The notes under the pieces: model-generated
Seen by the model: the letters and a program-made list of their open reading frames with translations, nothing else
Databases searched by the model: none
Told to the model about the DNA's origin: nothing
Shown here: positions 36,776 to 49,960 of the stretch, one piece after another
Position numbering within the stretch: position 1 is the first letter of the stretch
Layout: each line of letters starts with the position of its first letter
Translations under genes and position numbers: made by a program
NCBI RefSeq assembly: GCF_001194135.2
Contig: NC_068983.1
Location: forward strand, 56,200,598-56,264,597
Reading direction: 5' to 3'
Origin: Octopus bimaculoides
Lineage: Eukaryota
DNA: 64,000 nucleotides

Positions 36776-39614
36776 GCTCTTCGTTTTGGCTATTTACCTT
36801 CGTGAAGAGTTACGTCAATCCTTTTTTAAAAAATATTATTATTATTGTTATTTTATTATTATTATTGTTATGAGAGAGCAGTGCATGCCATCAAAGTGAC
36901 ACTGGGGTAAAATATACGAAGCCCATAGATTGATAGATAGGTAGATAGATAGAGAGATAGATAAATAGATGGACAGGTTCAAACATTCAGAAAGACGGAA
37001 TACTATTTCACTATCTCAATTTTGTCTAAGTATAAATGTCGTTAAAATAAGTAATTGTAAGCGTGATCGTTCAAGCAAAACTCAATCCCCACTATATTTG
37101 TGATTGTAAAATGTGACAACTTTGTCTCTCGGAGAAGCGTTACATTCTGTTCGAACCTTTGGCAATGTTGAATATATTATAGGAATTAGTAAATCTCTGC
37201 ATATACAGCAACCAGTATTTATAGAAAAAAATGAAACCAGTAAATGAGTAACATATTTAGTCTTATACTCAATGGATCTGTCATACCTTGAAAATGCCGT
37301 ATTGAAAACGATCTTCTTCATTAATACTAAACCTGTTAAACTAAAGTCGGTGTATCTGTTACGCGCTCTGCGTGCTGTGGTGAATAGATGAATATATAAT
37401 ATTTTCTAACGTTTATTTCTGTAATATATTAAAATGTTCATGTACTGTGTAAGTATTTCCATGTGTTTATGATTTTCCTCTTCCCATGTACCATACCTTA
37501 TCATAAACGTTTGAACAAACGGCAGAATTCTGATTTAGGAAGCTTTAGCATCCAGCAAAAGGATACAGATATATAATTTATACTAGTAATACATTTTTTA
37601 TACCTAGTCTGTAGTTAATAAATATATGTCTTGCTCTCTCTCTCTCTCTCTCTCTACCCCCTCTCTCTCTATACATACATACATACATGTGCATCGTTGG
37701 CGATTTTCTTTCTCTGTCTTCCCTTCTTTGGACTTTTCCTATATTTCTGACGAAGTGCTCCGCTCGATACGTGAAATCCTCTTTCTTTTCTTTCCTTTCC
37801 TGAGCATCCAATAACACTGTGCTTATTCCACGTCCTCGCGCTGTTGATTTTTCGTGTTTTTTCTTGCTTGTTCATGTTTGAATCGTATATATATATATAT
37901 GTAGATTCATTTGAAGTGTGAATGCCTCTTTACTTTCGGATTTGAGAGCCGAAAGTAAATTTTTATTGAGTCNNNNNNNNNNNNNNNNNNNNNNNNNNNN
38001 NNNNNNNNNNNNNNNNNNNNNNNNNNNNNNNNNNNNNNNNNNNNNNNNNNNNNNNNNNNNNNNNNNNNNNNNNNNNNNNNNNNNNNNNNNNNNNNNNNNN
38101 NNNNNNNNNNNNNNNNNNNNNNNNNNNNNNNNNNNNNNNNNNNNNNNNNNNNNNNNNNNNNNNNNNNNNNNNNNNNNNNNNNNNNNNNNNNNNNNNNNNN
38201 NNNNNNNNNNNNNNNNNNNNNNNNNNNNNNNNNNNNNNNNNNNNNNNNNNNNNNNNNNNNNNNNNNNNNNNNNNNNNNNNNNNNNNNNNNNNNNNNNNNN
38301 NNNNNNNNNNNNNNNNNNNNNNNNNNNNNNNNNNNNNNNNNNNNNNNNNNNNNNNNNNNNNNNNNNNNNNNNNNNNNNNNNNNNNNNNNNNNNNNNNNNN
38401 NNNNNNNNNNNNNNNNNNNNNNNNNNNNNNNNNNNNNNNNNNNNNNNNNNNNNNNNNNNNNNNNNNNNNNNNNNNNNNNNNNNNNNNNNNNNNNNNNNNN
38501 NNNTACATATACCAATATGGCTATATACATACACATAAACACCTCCCTCTTCCGACATCTACCTACATACACGAACACAATTATATATATGGATTTATTT
38601 CTGTGTGAGAATAGCATTAGAATAATTCTTGCATCGAAATAAGAACAAAGACAACAAGAACAAGAACAACAACAATAACAACAAAAAACCCCAAAAATAA
38701 TAAAGAAAATTTTGAGGTAATTCTGTACATTTTGAATTATGCAATTTATTTTACTCCTTCACCCGTAAAATACATTTTATATGAGTTTTCTTTAACAATG
38801 CCAAATAGCACTCACGCTTTTAAGGATGAAAAATAAAGTTAATATTCATACCGAAGGCAGAGCAGTTCATAAATATGATTAACAATTTTAGCTTAAAAAT
38901 ATAGTCAATAAAATACTATAGCAGCTTCACGCATCATTGAAGCTGCAAGTATCGAAAAATGAGGTTAAACTAATTACCGCCACCGTTTCCTAACTGAATG
39001 GACAAAAAGCTGTGTTTCCGGTTTTTATGTAGACAAACACTATGAAATTTTATTTTGATTTCTTTTTTATGTTCTATGCGTGTTTAGTATTTATTGAAAT
39101 TGTTTATTGTATTATATTTCATCATCACATTATTTTTATTTTCAATAGTAATATTTCAGCAGAATATGCACAATGCAGCATTTTCTTTTGTTGTTAGTGT
39201 TGCTGTTAATACTATTATTGTTGTTATGTTCGTTCGTTCGTTCGTTCGTTCTTTTCCCGTGCAGTCATGTGTTAAAAGTCACTTTATTCATTTTGGTGAG
39301 TAAATATGGATAACTACGGTGAGTTAATGTTTCATTTAATTTTGGACAGATGAGTAAGCATTAAACTGCTTTTCAAACAAAGGATGAAGTAAAAGTGTAA
39401 CAAAATCAAGCTAAATTGCTCGGAAAGAGGTAAATAAATAAACATAAAATATCAGATATAAATAAAATCAACTATAAAACTAATAATTGGCAGTGAATAT
39501 ATATATTTTTATATATTTATCCAGAAATCACCAACCTCCACTTCGCCCATGCCGAGCTGAAAGATTTCATTGTAACCGAAAACAAGAAGCATGCAAAAAT
39601 CTCTACAATCTTTA

Positions 39615-39616
<2 letters not shown>

Positions 39617-39695
<79 letters not shown>

Positions 39696-39792
39696 GTATG
39701 CGTGTGTGTGTGTGTGCGTGTGTGCGTACGTGCATGTGCATGTGTGTTTGCGTATTTGCATATACATATATTCTTATTTACATATACACTCG

Positions 39793-39874
<82 letters not shown>

Positions 39875-39875
39875 A
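39617..39875. repeat. (TG)n, (TATC)n and (TGTC)n compound microsatellite
   Basis: Read directly from the sequence. Confidence 0.95.
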
Positions 39876-39954
39876 TTTAACGAGTTGTATCTATTTATCT
39901 CCAGATGAGACACATCTGCACCGCCGGATGCTCCTGAACTAGTTGTTAAGTGTC

Positions 39955-40001
39955 GCACCTGTGAGGGATCGATGCTAGATGTTTTGAAACAATTGTCGTG
40001 G
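39955..40001 (+). ncRNA. Degenerate minimal hammerhead motif (probable solo PLE pLTR remnant)
   Basis: CAC-CTGTGA-GGGATC..GATGTTT-TGAAAC AATT GTC-GTG: palindromic stem III, GUC triplet and 3-bp stem I. The core lacks one A. Confidence 0.45.
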
Positions 40002-40019
40002 TTAATAACAATTCCCGTT

Positions 40020-40640
40020 TACTTTGATAAGGTTTCGGCCAGTATTGGCCCAGGCCATGTCTAACTTAATAGCACCACCTGACGAAGTTATTCAAATCAG
40101 GAATCAGACAACATGGCTCACTCCAGTAGAGAGTTATTGTTTACGGAGACATCCGGGTGTAGAAGGTTTATCCTGGATTTTTTGAACGAATTTATCCAAA
40201 AACTTCTTGAACTTTATGGGGTCGGTTTCTGCTTTAACGTGTTTTGGTGTAATGTTAAAGAGAGCGGGGCCAATTTGGGTGAAATAATTGTGCCATATTG
40301 TTGTTATATGATGCAAGTATGATTTATGTTGTGGGCAGAAAGCACGGAACCTAAGTCTTGGGTGTGTCTTAAAGGTGATGCCAACATCATTTGGGCAATG
40401 CTGATGGATATTTTACACATCAGGCAGATGATGTAGCGCTCACAGCGGTGTTGGAGAGAATAAAATCATCTATCTTCTTCTAATTGACTTTTGAGGTGCT
40501 TCAACTTTCATGATACTTTGTTTCGTGTGGGGAGACCACAGTGGACAACAGTATTCAAGGTGGGCAAATGTGGAGAAGAGAAGGATAATGGTTTGGATAT
40601 CTCTCGACTGGAAGGGTCTGAGAATCCAGGATCACATACT
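40020..40640 (-). mobile_element. CR1-clade LINE 3' fragment
   Basis: WILRPFQSRD..ILLFSTFA-HLEYCCPLWSPH..YSLQHRCERYII..GPALFNITPKHVK..FKKFLDKFVQKIQDKP. Confidence 0.8.
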
Positions 40641-42159
40641 GCAGGCCATGTCAACTTAGCTATTTATATGAGCTTTTCCCAGTATCCACACTCGTATCAG
40701 CGACAATCACCTTTACACAGTTCCATAAATTGTATTCATTTAAAACAGCTGTTATTCCTTTCACAACATTATCAGCTTTTCCTTTTGGTATCTGGAGTGC
40801 TTCTAACTTAACTTCTCTCTGTTTATTCATTACAACTAGCACTTGGTATTCTTGGTCATCAATACGTTTACCATCAAAATGCAAGACCAGTTTTCTAAAT
40901 ATAGTGTTTTCTTCATTTTCTTTTAAAGTTTTACAGCTTCTTTGATAGTTGATCTGTAAATACCAGATTGAGAATGAGATTCGACATTGATTCCATCTTG
41001 AGATAATTGTCGACAATCTGTTGTTGCTTTTTAAGTTGATAGCTTGGAAGATATTACTAACTTGATTGCAGTTCTAGTTTTGCTATACTTCCTCCTTGTT
41101 TGTGTGGATTCTTCATCTGATTTTTCAGACTCTTGATATTCATTTTCACTCCTTCAGATGATGACGATGACACTGGAGTTGCCCTGGCTGAAGTTGAAAT
41201 TAAGGACGCTTTTGTTCTTTTGGATGAAGGATAGTTTTGGAACTGGCTGCCTTTCCATTTCCATACCCAGCCTGTCCCTTGCTTTCAATTTGAAGATAAT
41301 ATAACCCTCCATCATCTCTTCACAGCCATTCACCGTTTTCCTTTGTGATGTCAAAATTACCTTTCAATGAATCGTATTTTCCTAGTTTTACACATTTATC
41401 GTAGGTATTCAGCACTGTTTCTTCTTTTGCTTGAACATTTTGAATTGATAAAAATGGGAAATTTAATTTCTGTTGCCATAAAAATGTTTCTTCTTTCGAA
41501 ATTCTCTTTCTTCGTTTTTTTCCTTCCTTTGATGATACTTCCAAGGAACAGGTAGCGATTGGCAATTTGAAGTTTCATTGGTATCCTGCAGTTGTTTCCC
41601 AAAGAATGCTCTTCTAGAGGAACAAGTCTTCTTTTCCTATGTGAGTTTTGAAATTGCACGAGATTCTTCGTCCATATTGATTTGTTTCGTTGAGTGACAC
41701 AAGCATTTCTCTTATGAGACATTTTAGATACTCTAGTTGGATAAGCCTAATATTCTGAAAAAAAAAAAAAACAGTTAATATAGTCAGAGTTTTTAGCGTC
41801 ACAGAAATAAAAAGGTGAGGAAGAGGATATTTCCAAAAATAGGGCCGAAGTCAGAACAAATTAGAAACTTTGTAACTCTTAAACTACTTAAACTTGAAAG
41901 CTGAAAATTGAGATATATTGTTTCAGCATTGGATTAATGGTAAAAGCTTTTGGTAAAAACTTGAGTAGACATTATGAACCCAACTAGAATTTTGCATGAT
42001 TTGGGTCAAAAATGGTGTTAGATTTCTTCAGTTGAGGGTGATGTTTTCTAAAAAAAAACTTAAAATAAAGGTTATTTTCCGTACTTGTATAAAATTGCTC
42101 ATTTACTTTTGATACAGGAAATTGTTTACTTTCAAAACAATCAAAATGTCATAACCCTA
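40640..42159 (-). mobile_element. hAT (hATm-like) transposon, 5' part with degenerate transposase
   Basis: LVLHFDGKRIDDQEYQVLVV..VLNEYNLWNCVKVIVADTSVDTGK. The terminus TAGGGTTATGAC is at 42159 on the minus strand. Confidence 0.7.
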
Positions 42160-42313
42160 ATATATACATATATATACCTAATATATACATATATATATAC
42201 CTAATATATACATAACCTTAATATATACATACGTATGTATGTATATTTATATTATGTTTAAATATCTCTTTCAGTATATATGCATAAACTATTTCTGTAA
42301 CTTATGACTTTGA

Positions 42314-42317
<4 letters not shown>

Positions 42318-42381
<64 letters not shown>

Positions 42382-42479
42382 ACACACACACAGAGACACA
42401 CACACACATCTATTTACATGTACAACGTATGTATATGACTGATGTATATGATAAATGCCTGTCCTATCTATCCATCCAT

Positions 42480-42546
<67 letters not shown>
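42318..42546. repeat. (CA)n and (TATC)n microsatellites
   Basis: Read directly from the sequence. Confidence 0.95.
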
Positions 42547-43354
42547 AACAACTGCTATCGCGTGTGGGACGAGTCGGTCTATCAGCCGAGTCTGTCGTGA
42601 ATATTGTCGCGCCTCCTTCCTTTAAACGGGAAGGAAGAGCNNNNNNNNNNNNNNNNNNNNNNNNNNNNNNNNNNNNNNNNNNNNNNNNNNNNNNNNNNNN
42701 NNNNNNNNNNNNNNNNNNNNNNNNNNNNNNNNNNNNNNNNNNNNNNNNNNNNNNNNNNNNNNNNNNNNNNNNNNNNNNNNNNNNNNNNNNNNNNNNNNNN
42801 NNNNNNNNNNNNNNNNNNNNNNNNNNNNNNNNNNNNNNNNNNNNNNNNNNNNNNNNNNNNNNNNNNNNNNNNNNNNNNNNNNNNNNNNNNNNNNNNNNNN
42901 NNNNNNNNNNNNNNNNNNNNNNNNNNNNNNNNNNNNNNNNNNNNNNNNNNNNNNNNNNNNNNNNNNNNNNNNNNNNNNNNNNNNNNNNNNNNNNNNNNNN
43001 NNNNNNNNNNNNNNNNNNNNNNNNNNNNNNNNNNNNNNNNNNNNNNNNNNNNNNNNNNNNNNNNNNNNNNNNNNNNNNNNNNNNNNNNNNNNNNNNNNNN
43101 NNNNNNNNNNNNNNNNNNNNNNNNNNNNNNNNNNNNNNNNNNNNNNNNNNNNNNNNNNNNNNNNNNNNNNNNNNNNNNNNNNNNNNNNNNNNNNNNNNNN
43201 NNNNNNNNNNNNNNNNNNNNNNNNNNNNNNNNNNNNNNNNNNNNNNNNNNNNNNNNNNNNNNNNNNNNNNNNNNNNNNNNNNNNNCCAAAAAGAAAAGCT
43301 CTACATTGTATTTGTCCCATCTTCGTTGAGCCCTGTGTGGCTAATAAAAGAAAT
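42547..43354 (+). mobile_element. Putative non-LTR insertion in a (TATC)n tract, interior in an N gap
   Basis: GC-rich 5' stub. The 3' end TTGTCCCATCTTCGTTGAGCCCTGTGTGGCTAATAAAAGAAAT resembles the L1/Tx1-like 3' end at 265-305. Confidence 0.5.
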
Positions 43355-43371
43355 GTATCTATCTATCTATC

Positions 43372-43402
<31 letters not shown>

Positions 43403-44952
43403 CTACCTACTTACCTACCTAGCTACCTCTCAGCCTGTCTATCTACCTACCTACCTACCTACGTACCTACCTCCCTCCCTACCTGCCTACCTACCTACCT
43501 ACCTACCTACCTACCTACCTATCTACATAATTACCTACCTACTTCCCTGCCGCTCTGTCTCTCTCTCCGGCTGTCTGTCTATCTACCTACCAATCTATCT
43601 ATTTATCTATCTATCTATGTGTGTATGTATAAATTGATATGCGTGTAAATATGCCCATAAGCATATATCTAAATATTTAGATACATGCGTTTTTTGTTCG
43701 CTATTAATTTATAATCGAAAGCAATTCTCCTGGTGTGATCTAGCCAGGACAGTATGATGCCATGCATATTCTATTTCCATGTATTTGCACGTTTAAGCAT
43801 AACATATTCTATTTATGTTCTTTCCATCGAGCTTTTCAATATCTGTCCTTGCAATCGAGAATTTGATACAGACAAAATGAAATAGCTGGAGATTTTAATA
43901 TATTTTGCGGTAAAATTTTGGAAATCGGTGTCAAAGTTTTCAACAGATATTAACATTCAAAATAGATGCATAGAGACATGCATACATTCGTAAACACAAA
44001 TATAACTTCCTGGCTGATATTTGTTTAGATTGATTGCCATCAGAGAGTCAAGGACGCCATTTTATATTTCGAACATATGAGAAGAGTAAAACGGTTGAGT
44101 GATATTAATGAAAGGAATTTACTACGCAAAGAATATATATGTATATATGTATATGTTTGTATGCATGTGTATATATATATATATATNNNNNNNNNNNNNN
44201 NNNNNNNNNNNNNNNNNNNNNNNNNNNNNNNNNNNNNNNNNNNNNNNNNNNNNNNNNNNNNNNNNNNNNNNNNNNNNNNNNNNNNNNNNNNNNNNNNNNN
44301 NNNNNNNNNNNNNNNNNNNNNNNNNNNNNNNNNNNNNNNNNNNNNNNNNNNNNNNNNNNNNNNNNNNNNNNNNNNNNNNNNNNNNNNNNNNNNNNNNNNN
44401 NNNNNNNNNNNNNNNNNNNNNNNNNNNNNNNNNNNNNNNNNNNNNNNNNNNNNNNNNNNNNNNNNNNNNNNNNNNNNNNNNNNNNNNNNNNNNNNNNNNN
44501 NNNNNNNNNNNNNNNNNNNNNNNNNNNNNNNNNNNNNNNNNNNNNNNNNNNNNNNNNNNNNNNNNNNNNNNNNNNNNNNNNNNNNNNNNNNNNNNNNNNN
44601 NNNNNNNNNNNNNNNNNNNNNNNNNNNNNNNNNNNNNNNNNNNNNNNNNNNNNNNNNNNNNNNNNNNNNNNNNNNNNNNNNNNNNNNNNNNNNNNNNNNN
44701 NNNNNNNNNNNNNNNNNNNNNNNNNNNNNNNNNNNNNNNNNNNNNNNNNNNNNNNNNNNNNNNNNNNNNNNNNNNNNNNNNNNNNNNNNNNNNNNNNNNN
44801 NNNNNNNNNNNNNNNNNNNNNNNNNNNNNNNNNNNNNNNNNNNNNNNNNNNNNNNNNNNNNNNNNNNNNNNNNNNNNNNNNNNNNNNNNNNNNNNNNNNN
44901 NNNNNNNNNNNNNNNNNNNNNNNNNNNNNNNNNNNNNNNNNNNNNNNNNNNN

Positions 44953-44998
<46 letters not shown>

Positions 44999-45084
44999 AT
45001 ATATACTGATCTTGGTGTGTTTATGTCCCCGTAACATAGCGGTTCGGCAATAGAAACCGATAGAATAAGCAAAAATGAGTAGTA

Positions 45085-45630
45085 CTTGTAATTCACAAGG
45101 GTCAGCCTTGTCACACTCTGCGTCACGCTGAATCTCCCTGAGAACTACGTTACGGGTATGCGTATCTGTGGAGTGCTCAGCCACTTGTACGTTAATTTCA
45201 CGAGCAAGCTGTTCCATTGATCGTATCAGCTGGACCCTCGTCGCCGTAACCGACGGCGTGCTCCTTTTTTGTGTAGGTGCAATGACCCAGTGAGACTCGC
45301 TGTCGTAGGATCGCGGTTTCGATTCCCAGACTGGGTTTTGTGAGTGTTTATTCAGCGAAAACACTTGAAGCTCCTCTAGGTTCCGGCATGGGGTGTTGGC
45401 GAACCCTGCTGTACTCTTTCATCATAACTTTCTCTCACTTTTTCTTCCTGTTTCCGTTGTGCCAGTATTTCCAAGGGCCAACTTTGTCATACTCCGTCTC
45501 ACGCTGAATCTACGTTAAGGGTACACGTGTCAGTGGAGTGCTCAGCCACTTACACGTTAATTTCACGAGCAGGCTATTTTGTTGATCGGTTGAACTGGAA
45601 TCCGCGTCGTCGTAACCGACGGAGTGCCAT
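45085..45630 (+). mobile_element. Cluster of family C SINE pieces
   Basis: 3' half at 45085-45260, then a head and body at 45275-45630. Confidence 0.8.
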
Positions 45631-45827
45631 TGTTTCTGAAGTTTAAATCAGTTTTACTTCTTTTCAAATATTTAACGATGGAGTGTCACGTAATGCGTGG
45701 GGGAGAAGAAACGAATTTATCTGACAAGCAAATATATTCAGCCTGAAAACAGCAAACTCAATTATATCAGATAAAACAATTTTAAGGATTTATTTTTTTA
45801 TTAAGTTTTTCACAAGCGTTGCGGGTG

Positions 45828-46300
45828 TAGGCGCAGACATAGGTGTATGGTAAGAAATTCACTTCTTAACCACATGGCTTCGGGTTCAGTTCAACTGCGG
45901 GGCGTCTTGGGTGTCTTCTACTATAGCCTCGGGCCGACCAAAGCCGTGTGAGTGGATTTGGTAGACGGAAACTGAAAGAAGCTCGTCATCTATCTATCTA
46001 TCTATTTATCTATCTATCTATTTATCTATCTCTCTCCCTATATATATAGGTATAAACCGTAAATCCGATCCGGGGTTGGCTGAGGTGTGGCGTGTCTGTG
46101 TTTGTCTCACGACCAGTACTCAACAATCAAGGTTGGTGTTTCTACGCCCCCGTAACTTAGTGGATCGGCCAAAGAGACCGATAGAATAAGAACCAGACTA
46201 TAAAAAAAAAACAAATACTGAGATCGATTTGTCCGACTAAATTCGTCAAGGTCATGCCCTAGCATGGCCGCACTCTGATAAGTGAAGCAAGTAAAAAATA
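45828..46300 (+). mobile_element. SINE family B
   Basis: Head, internal (ATCT)n/(TC)n/(TA)n tract and tail. Confidence 0.85.
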
Positions 46301-46689
46301 AAAGATTGTTCGGATTGCCGTCTGAAAATAGAGAGGAAAAAATATTTTCAAGGAAGCCAGGGTTGAAGGAAGCGCGGGAATGTAATGTAATTTTGAAATT
46401 CAAACAGATGGCTTTCAGTTGTACTTTGAATTGCATTCGTTATCCGAACCAGCAGTTCATTTTTACGAAATATACGTAAATACACAGTTCTTGCGTCTTC
46501 CCATAAAATGAAATTATAATAATAAATTTATGAACAATTTTCCTAATTGTTTTGATTGGCAGTGATAAAATAGATGCATCGCTCTTCTAAATGTTATTTA
46601 CGATTGAATTCTGTTGTGCTACGCAATAAAATAAATGCGCCATTTTTAAAGCCTAGCCAGGCTCATGGGCCCGGTTTGCTGGTTTCAAT

Positions 46690-46860
46690 GGCGTATGTGT
46701 TCCCCAGCGGGACGGGACGCCAGTCCATCGCAGCGTTACTCATTTTTGCCAGCTGAGTGGACTGGAGCAACGTGAAATGAAGTGTTTTACTCAAGAACAC
46801 AACGCGTCACCAGGTCCAGGAATCGAAACGACACCCTAACCACTAAGCCAAGCGCCTCCA
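46690..46860 (-). mobile_element. SINE family D
   Basis: GGACGGGACGCCAGTCCATCGCAG..GCCAGCTGAGTGGACTGGAGCAACGTGAAATGAAGTG. Confidence 0.75.
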
Positions 46861-46937
46861 CGAGCTATGCAACATTTGAAAATATATGTATAGATAGAGT
46901 AAGATGTAACCATCTTGTCATCATATACGCTATCGTT

Positions 46938-47400
46938 AAGGCGGCGAAATGGCAAGATCGTCACTACGCCAGTTAAAATACTTAGTGGCATATCTTCTGT
47001 CTATCAACGTCCTGAGTTCAAATTCCGCGAGGTCAGTTTTACTTTTTATCTTTTCAGGGTCGATAAAATAAAATACCAGTTGGCCACTGGGTTCGATATA
47101 ATCGACTAGCCTACTCCCCTTCAACATTTCAAGCCTTGTACTTATAGTAGAAAGAATTATATATGACAACTTTAAGGTGGTGAGCTAGCAGAATGGTTAC
47201 TGTGCCGGATAAAATGCTTAACTGTATTTCTTCTGGCTTTTAACGTTCTGAATCAAATGCGGCCCCACGATGGACTTTGCGTTTCTTCCTTCCGGGAGGG
47301 ATAAAATAAAGTACCAGTTCAGAATAGCGGTCAATGTAATCGACTTCCCTGTCTCCTCAGAATTGTTCGACTTGTACCAAAATTAGAGAGAAATTATATA
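46938..47400 (+). mobile_element. Two adjacent SINE family A monomers
   Basis: Heads AAGGCGGCGAAATGGCAAG at 46938 and AAGGTGGTGAGCTAGCAG at 47173. Confidence 0.8.
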
Positions 47401-47891
47401 CATCTTCATAGACAGACAATGAGGGATTCGCCGAATTAGTTCCAAAGCTGTGCTGAGGGTTTCATTAGCAACTAAATACCATCTTTAGTTGTGGTTATAT
47501 TTGCCTTTACATACAGTGTTGGTTTAAAAAAGAAACAACAAAAAAACTAAAGATATATTTTGTTGTATAGTAGAGTAGTGAAACAAAACACTGTTAATGC
47601 ACCAGTAATTTATTTTATCAGTTATAAGACTAAAATTATGTGTGAAAGGGAAAGAGGGCCGAGAGATAAACAGAGTTACACATAAAGATAACAAGGTATA
47701 CAGTTCTAACTTGTAATCTAATTTTCTTCACGTTTATCCCCATCTCGATATCAAACTTAATTTGCGCCTTTTTTCCTCTCCTATATTTATCTGTTGGCGC
47801 TGTCTTTATTTTTTGTGTAAATATAATTTGACCTTTCCTTGAGTGTCTGTAACTATGAAGCTTAACAGTCTTTTTTTACTTCGTCTCATTT

Positions 47892-47944
<53 letters not shown>

Positions 47945-49527
47945 CTAACTTCTACCTCTGCTTACTCAATCACTGCTGTGCTCTCTATTTTTCTCTAATA
48001 TCACAGGAAAACAACAAACATTTTAAACGTAATCTACTCGAAACGAACAATTTGTTAGCAAGGACCCCCATATAATTGTCTAGCTGTTTCTTAAACAGAT
48101 CACAGTGTAACTTAATCAACGCTGAAAGTAATTTTACAAAGCCATACTTTTTGATTATTATAAGTATAGACATTATTGGCGTGTATTGTAGCGATTAGTG
48201 AGCCAGTAGATGGCGGAGAAGAGTTGAAAATAATAACAAAACGCTTAAATAGTCTTTGAACGTCTAGACGAATCTAAATAGCGTTAGGCATGATCTCTGA
48301 ACCTAAGTAGTCGGTAGTTCATAGCCTGTGACACTTCGTTCTCTGCTACAGTGGCCGGCAGTTTGAGTATTGCTCAAAGGTGGGGGAATGGCAATGACAG
48401 TAAAATTCCAGACAATTTTGTTTCATTCTCCTATCTTCTGTGCAGTAACATTTGAACACAAAATCAAATTTTCCCTCCATCTTTCTGAAGTTAATAACGT
48501 TAACTTTCATTGCTCTGGGAGATCACACATGGTTTATTGCATAGTATAATGGACAAGGCTGGCTGTTCGTCCCCTGTCACTATCATTTCTAATACTTTGT
48601 GTCTCAGATGGCCCTGACCACTCACTGAATAGGAATAATATGCTGTTGTTATTATTGTTTACATTTGCGGCACAATAAAATTAACAAGTGTTTCATTAGT
48701 TTCCTCTACTGAGTTCAATGGCGAAGCCAACACAGAAACTGGATTCCGTTTCAGCTACAGGTCAGGTGGGCTTGTAATCATTTGATCAATAAATAATTTG
48801 ATCAGCTAACAACAAAAGTACCGACAAAAGAAAGAAGCTAAGAGGCGATTTATTCCATTTTAGTCTTTCTTTAACAAATATTCAACCATGAATCAATGCT
48901 AGAAATAATGAAAATTTACTCACGTAAATCGTCAAGTTGAGATATTATCAAAAACTTCCCTCGTTTATTAATAACTATAAAGATATTACTATTCGTCTCA
49001 AGACTTAGAATTCTTTTTCTTGGTCATGTAGACATGAACGTGTAGGTTTTGTAATCCTTTTGATTTTTGCTGGCTCTTCAGAACAGACCGCGGTTGATGT
49101 TATTGAAGTTCAACTTCGTTTATTTTTTTATGGTGAAGTTTGTAGAAGGAAAGGCGAACACGGATGAAGTATCAGTAATCTGCATGTCTATGAACTAAGA
49201 ATAGATCTGGAAAAACGTATTTGATATGAATTTTGGCTGGCGAATAACAACATCGATAGGAAGAAGAGTGACTAATGTATCAGGTGGAATTGGATGATGT
49301 CTTTTTTTTTGTTGAAATATCAGTTCTAACATTTCAACACACACCAAAGAGAGGAAAGAGTGAGTCTTTAGACCAGTGATTGTAATATGATGATAAAGGT
49401 TAGGGCAGCGAACTGGTCGATAAAATAAGTCCTGTTGAGCACTTGGGTATATGTAATCTACTTACCCATTGTCCCCGAAATCGATAGTCTTATGCCAAAA
49501 TTTGAAACCAGTATTTTGTCTGATTCT

Positions 49528-49960
49528 GCGGCGGCGAGCCGGCAGAATCATTAGCACGCTGGACGAGATGCTTAGCTGTATTTCGCCGGTCGCCGCGTTC
49601 TGAGTTCAAATTCCGCCGAATTCTTATGTCATTCTTGTGAAGGCGCGTGGGTTAGTGGTTAGTTTATTCGGCTCACAATCGTAAGTCGTGAGTTCGATTC
49701 CGGGCAGCGCCGTATGTCTTTGAGCACTTGCTTTATTTTACGTTGCTCCAGTCCACTCAGCAGGCAAAAATGCTTTGTTCTTGTGGTGATTCAAAGGGCC
49801 AGCCTTGTTCCATTTTGTGTCACGCTGAATCTTCCTGAGAACTACGTTAAAGACACACCTGTCTGTGGAGTACTCAGTCACTTGCACGTTGATTCCACGA
49901 GAAGTTTGTTCCATTGATCGGATCAACTGGAAGACTCATCGTCGTAACTGACGCAGTGCC
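49528..49960 (+). mobile_element. SINE family A head followed by a family C/D SINE
   Basis: GGCGGCGAGCCGGCAGAATC at 49528 and GGCGCGTGGGTTAGTGG at 49642. Confidence 0.8.

Larger units (their letters stand above)
35055..36792 (-). mobile_element. Penelope-like element (probably Neptune/Naiad type) with inverted pseudo-LTRs
   Basis: RT C-half WLRFIDDVFFVW..VEFLDTKV..KPTSSHIYLHRRSDHP and GIY-YIG YG..LIYVGCTTEQLNKRFNGHR. 35055-35217 is the reverse complement of 36630-36792, with 3 differences counted by eye. Confidence 0.9.
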
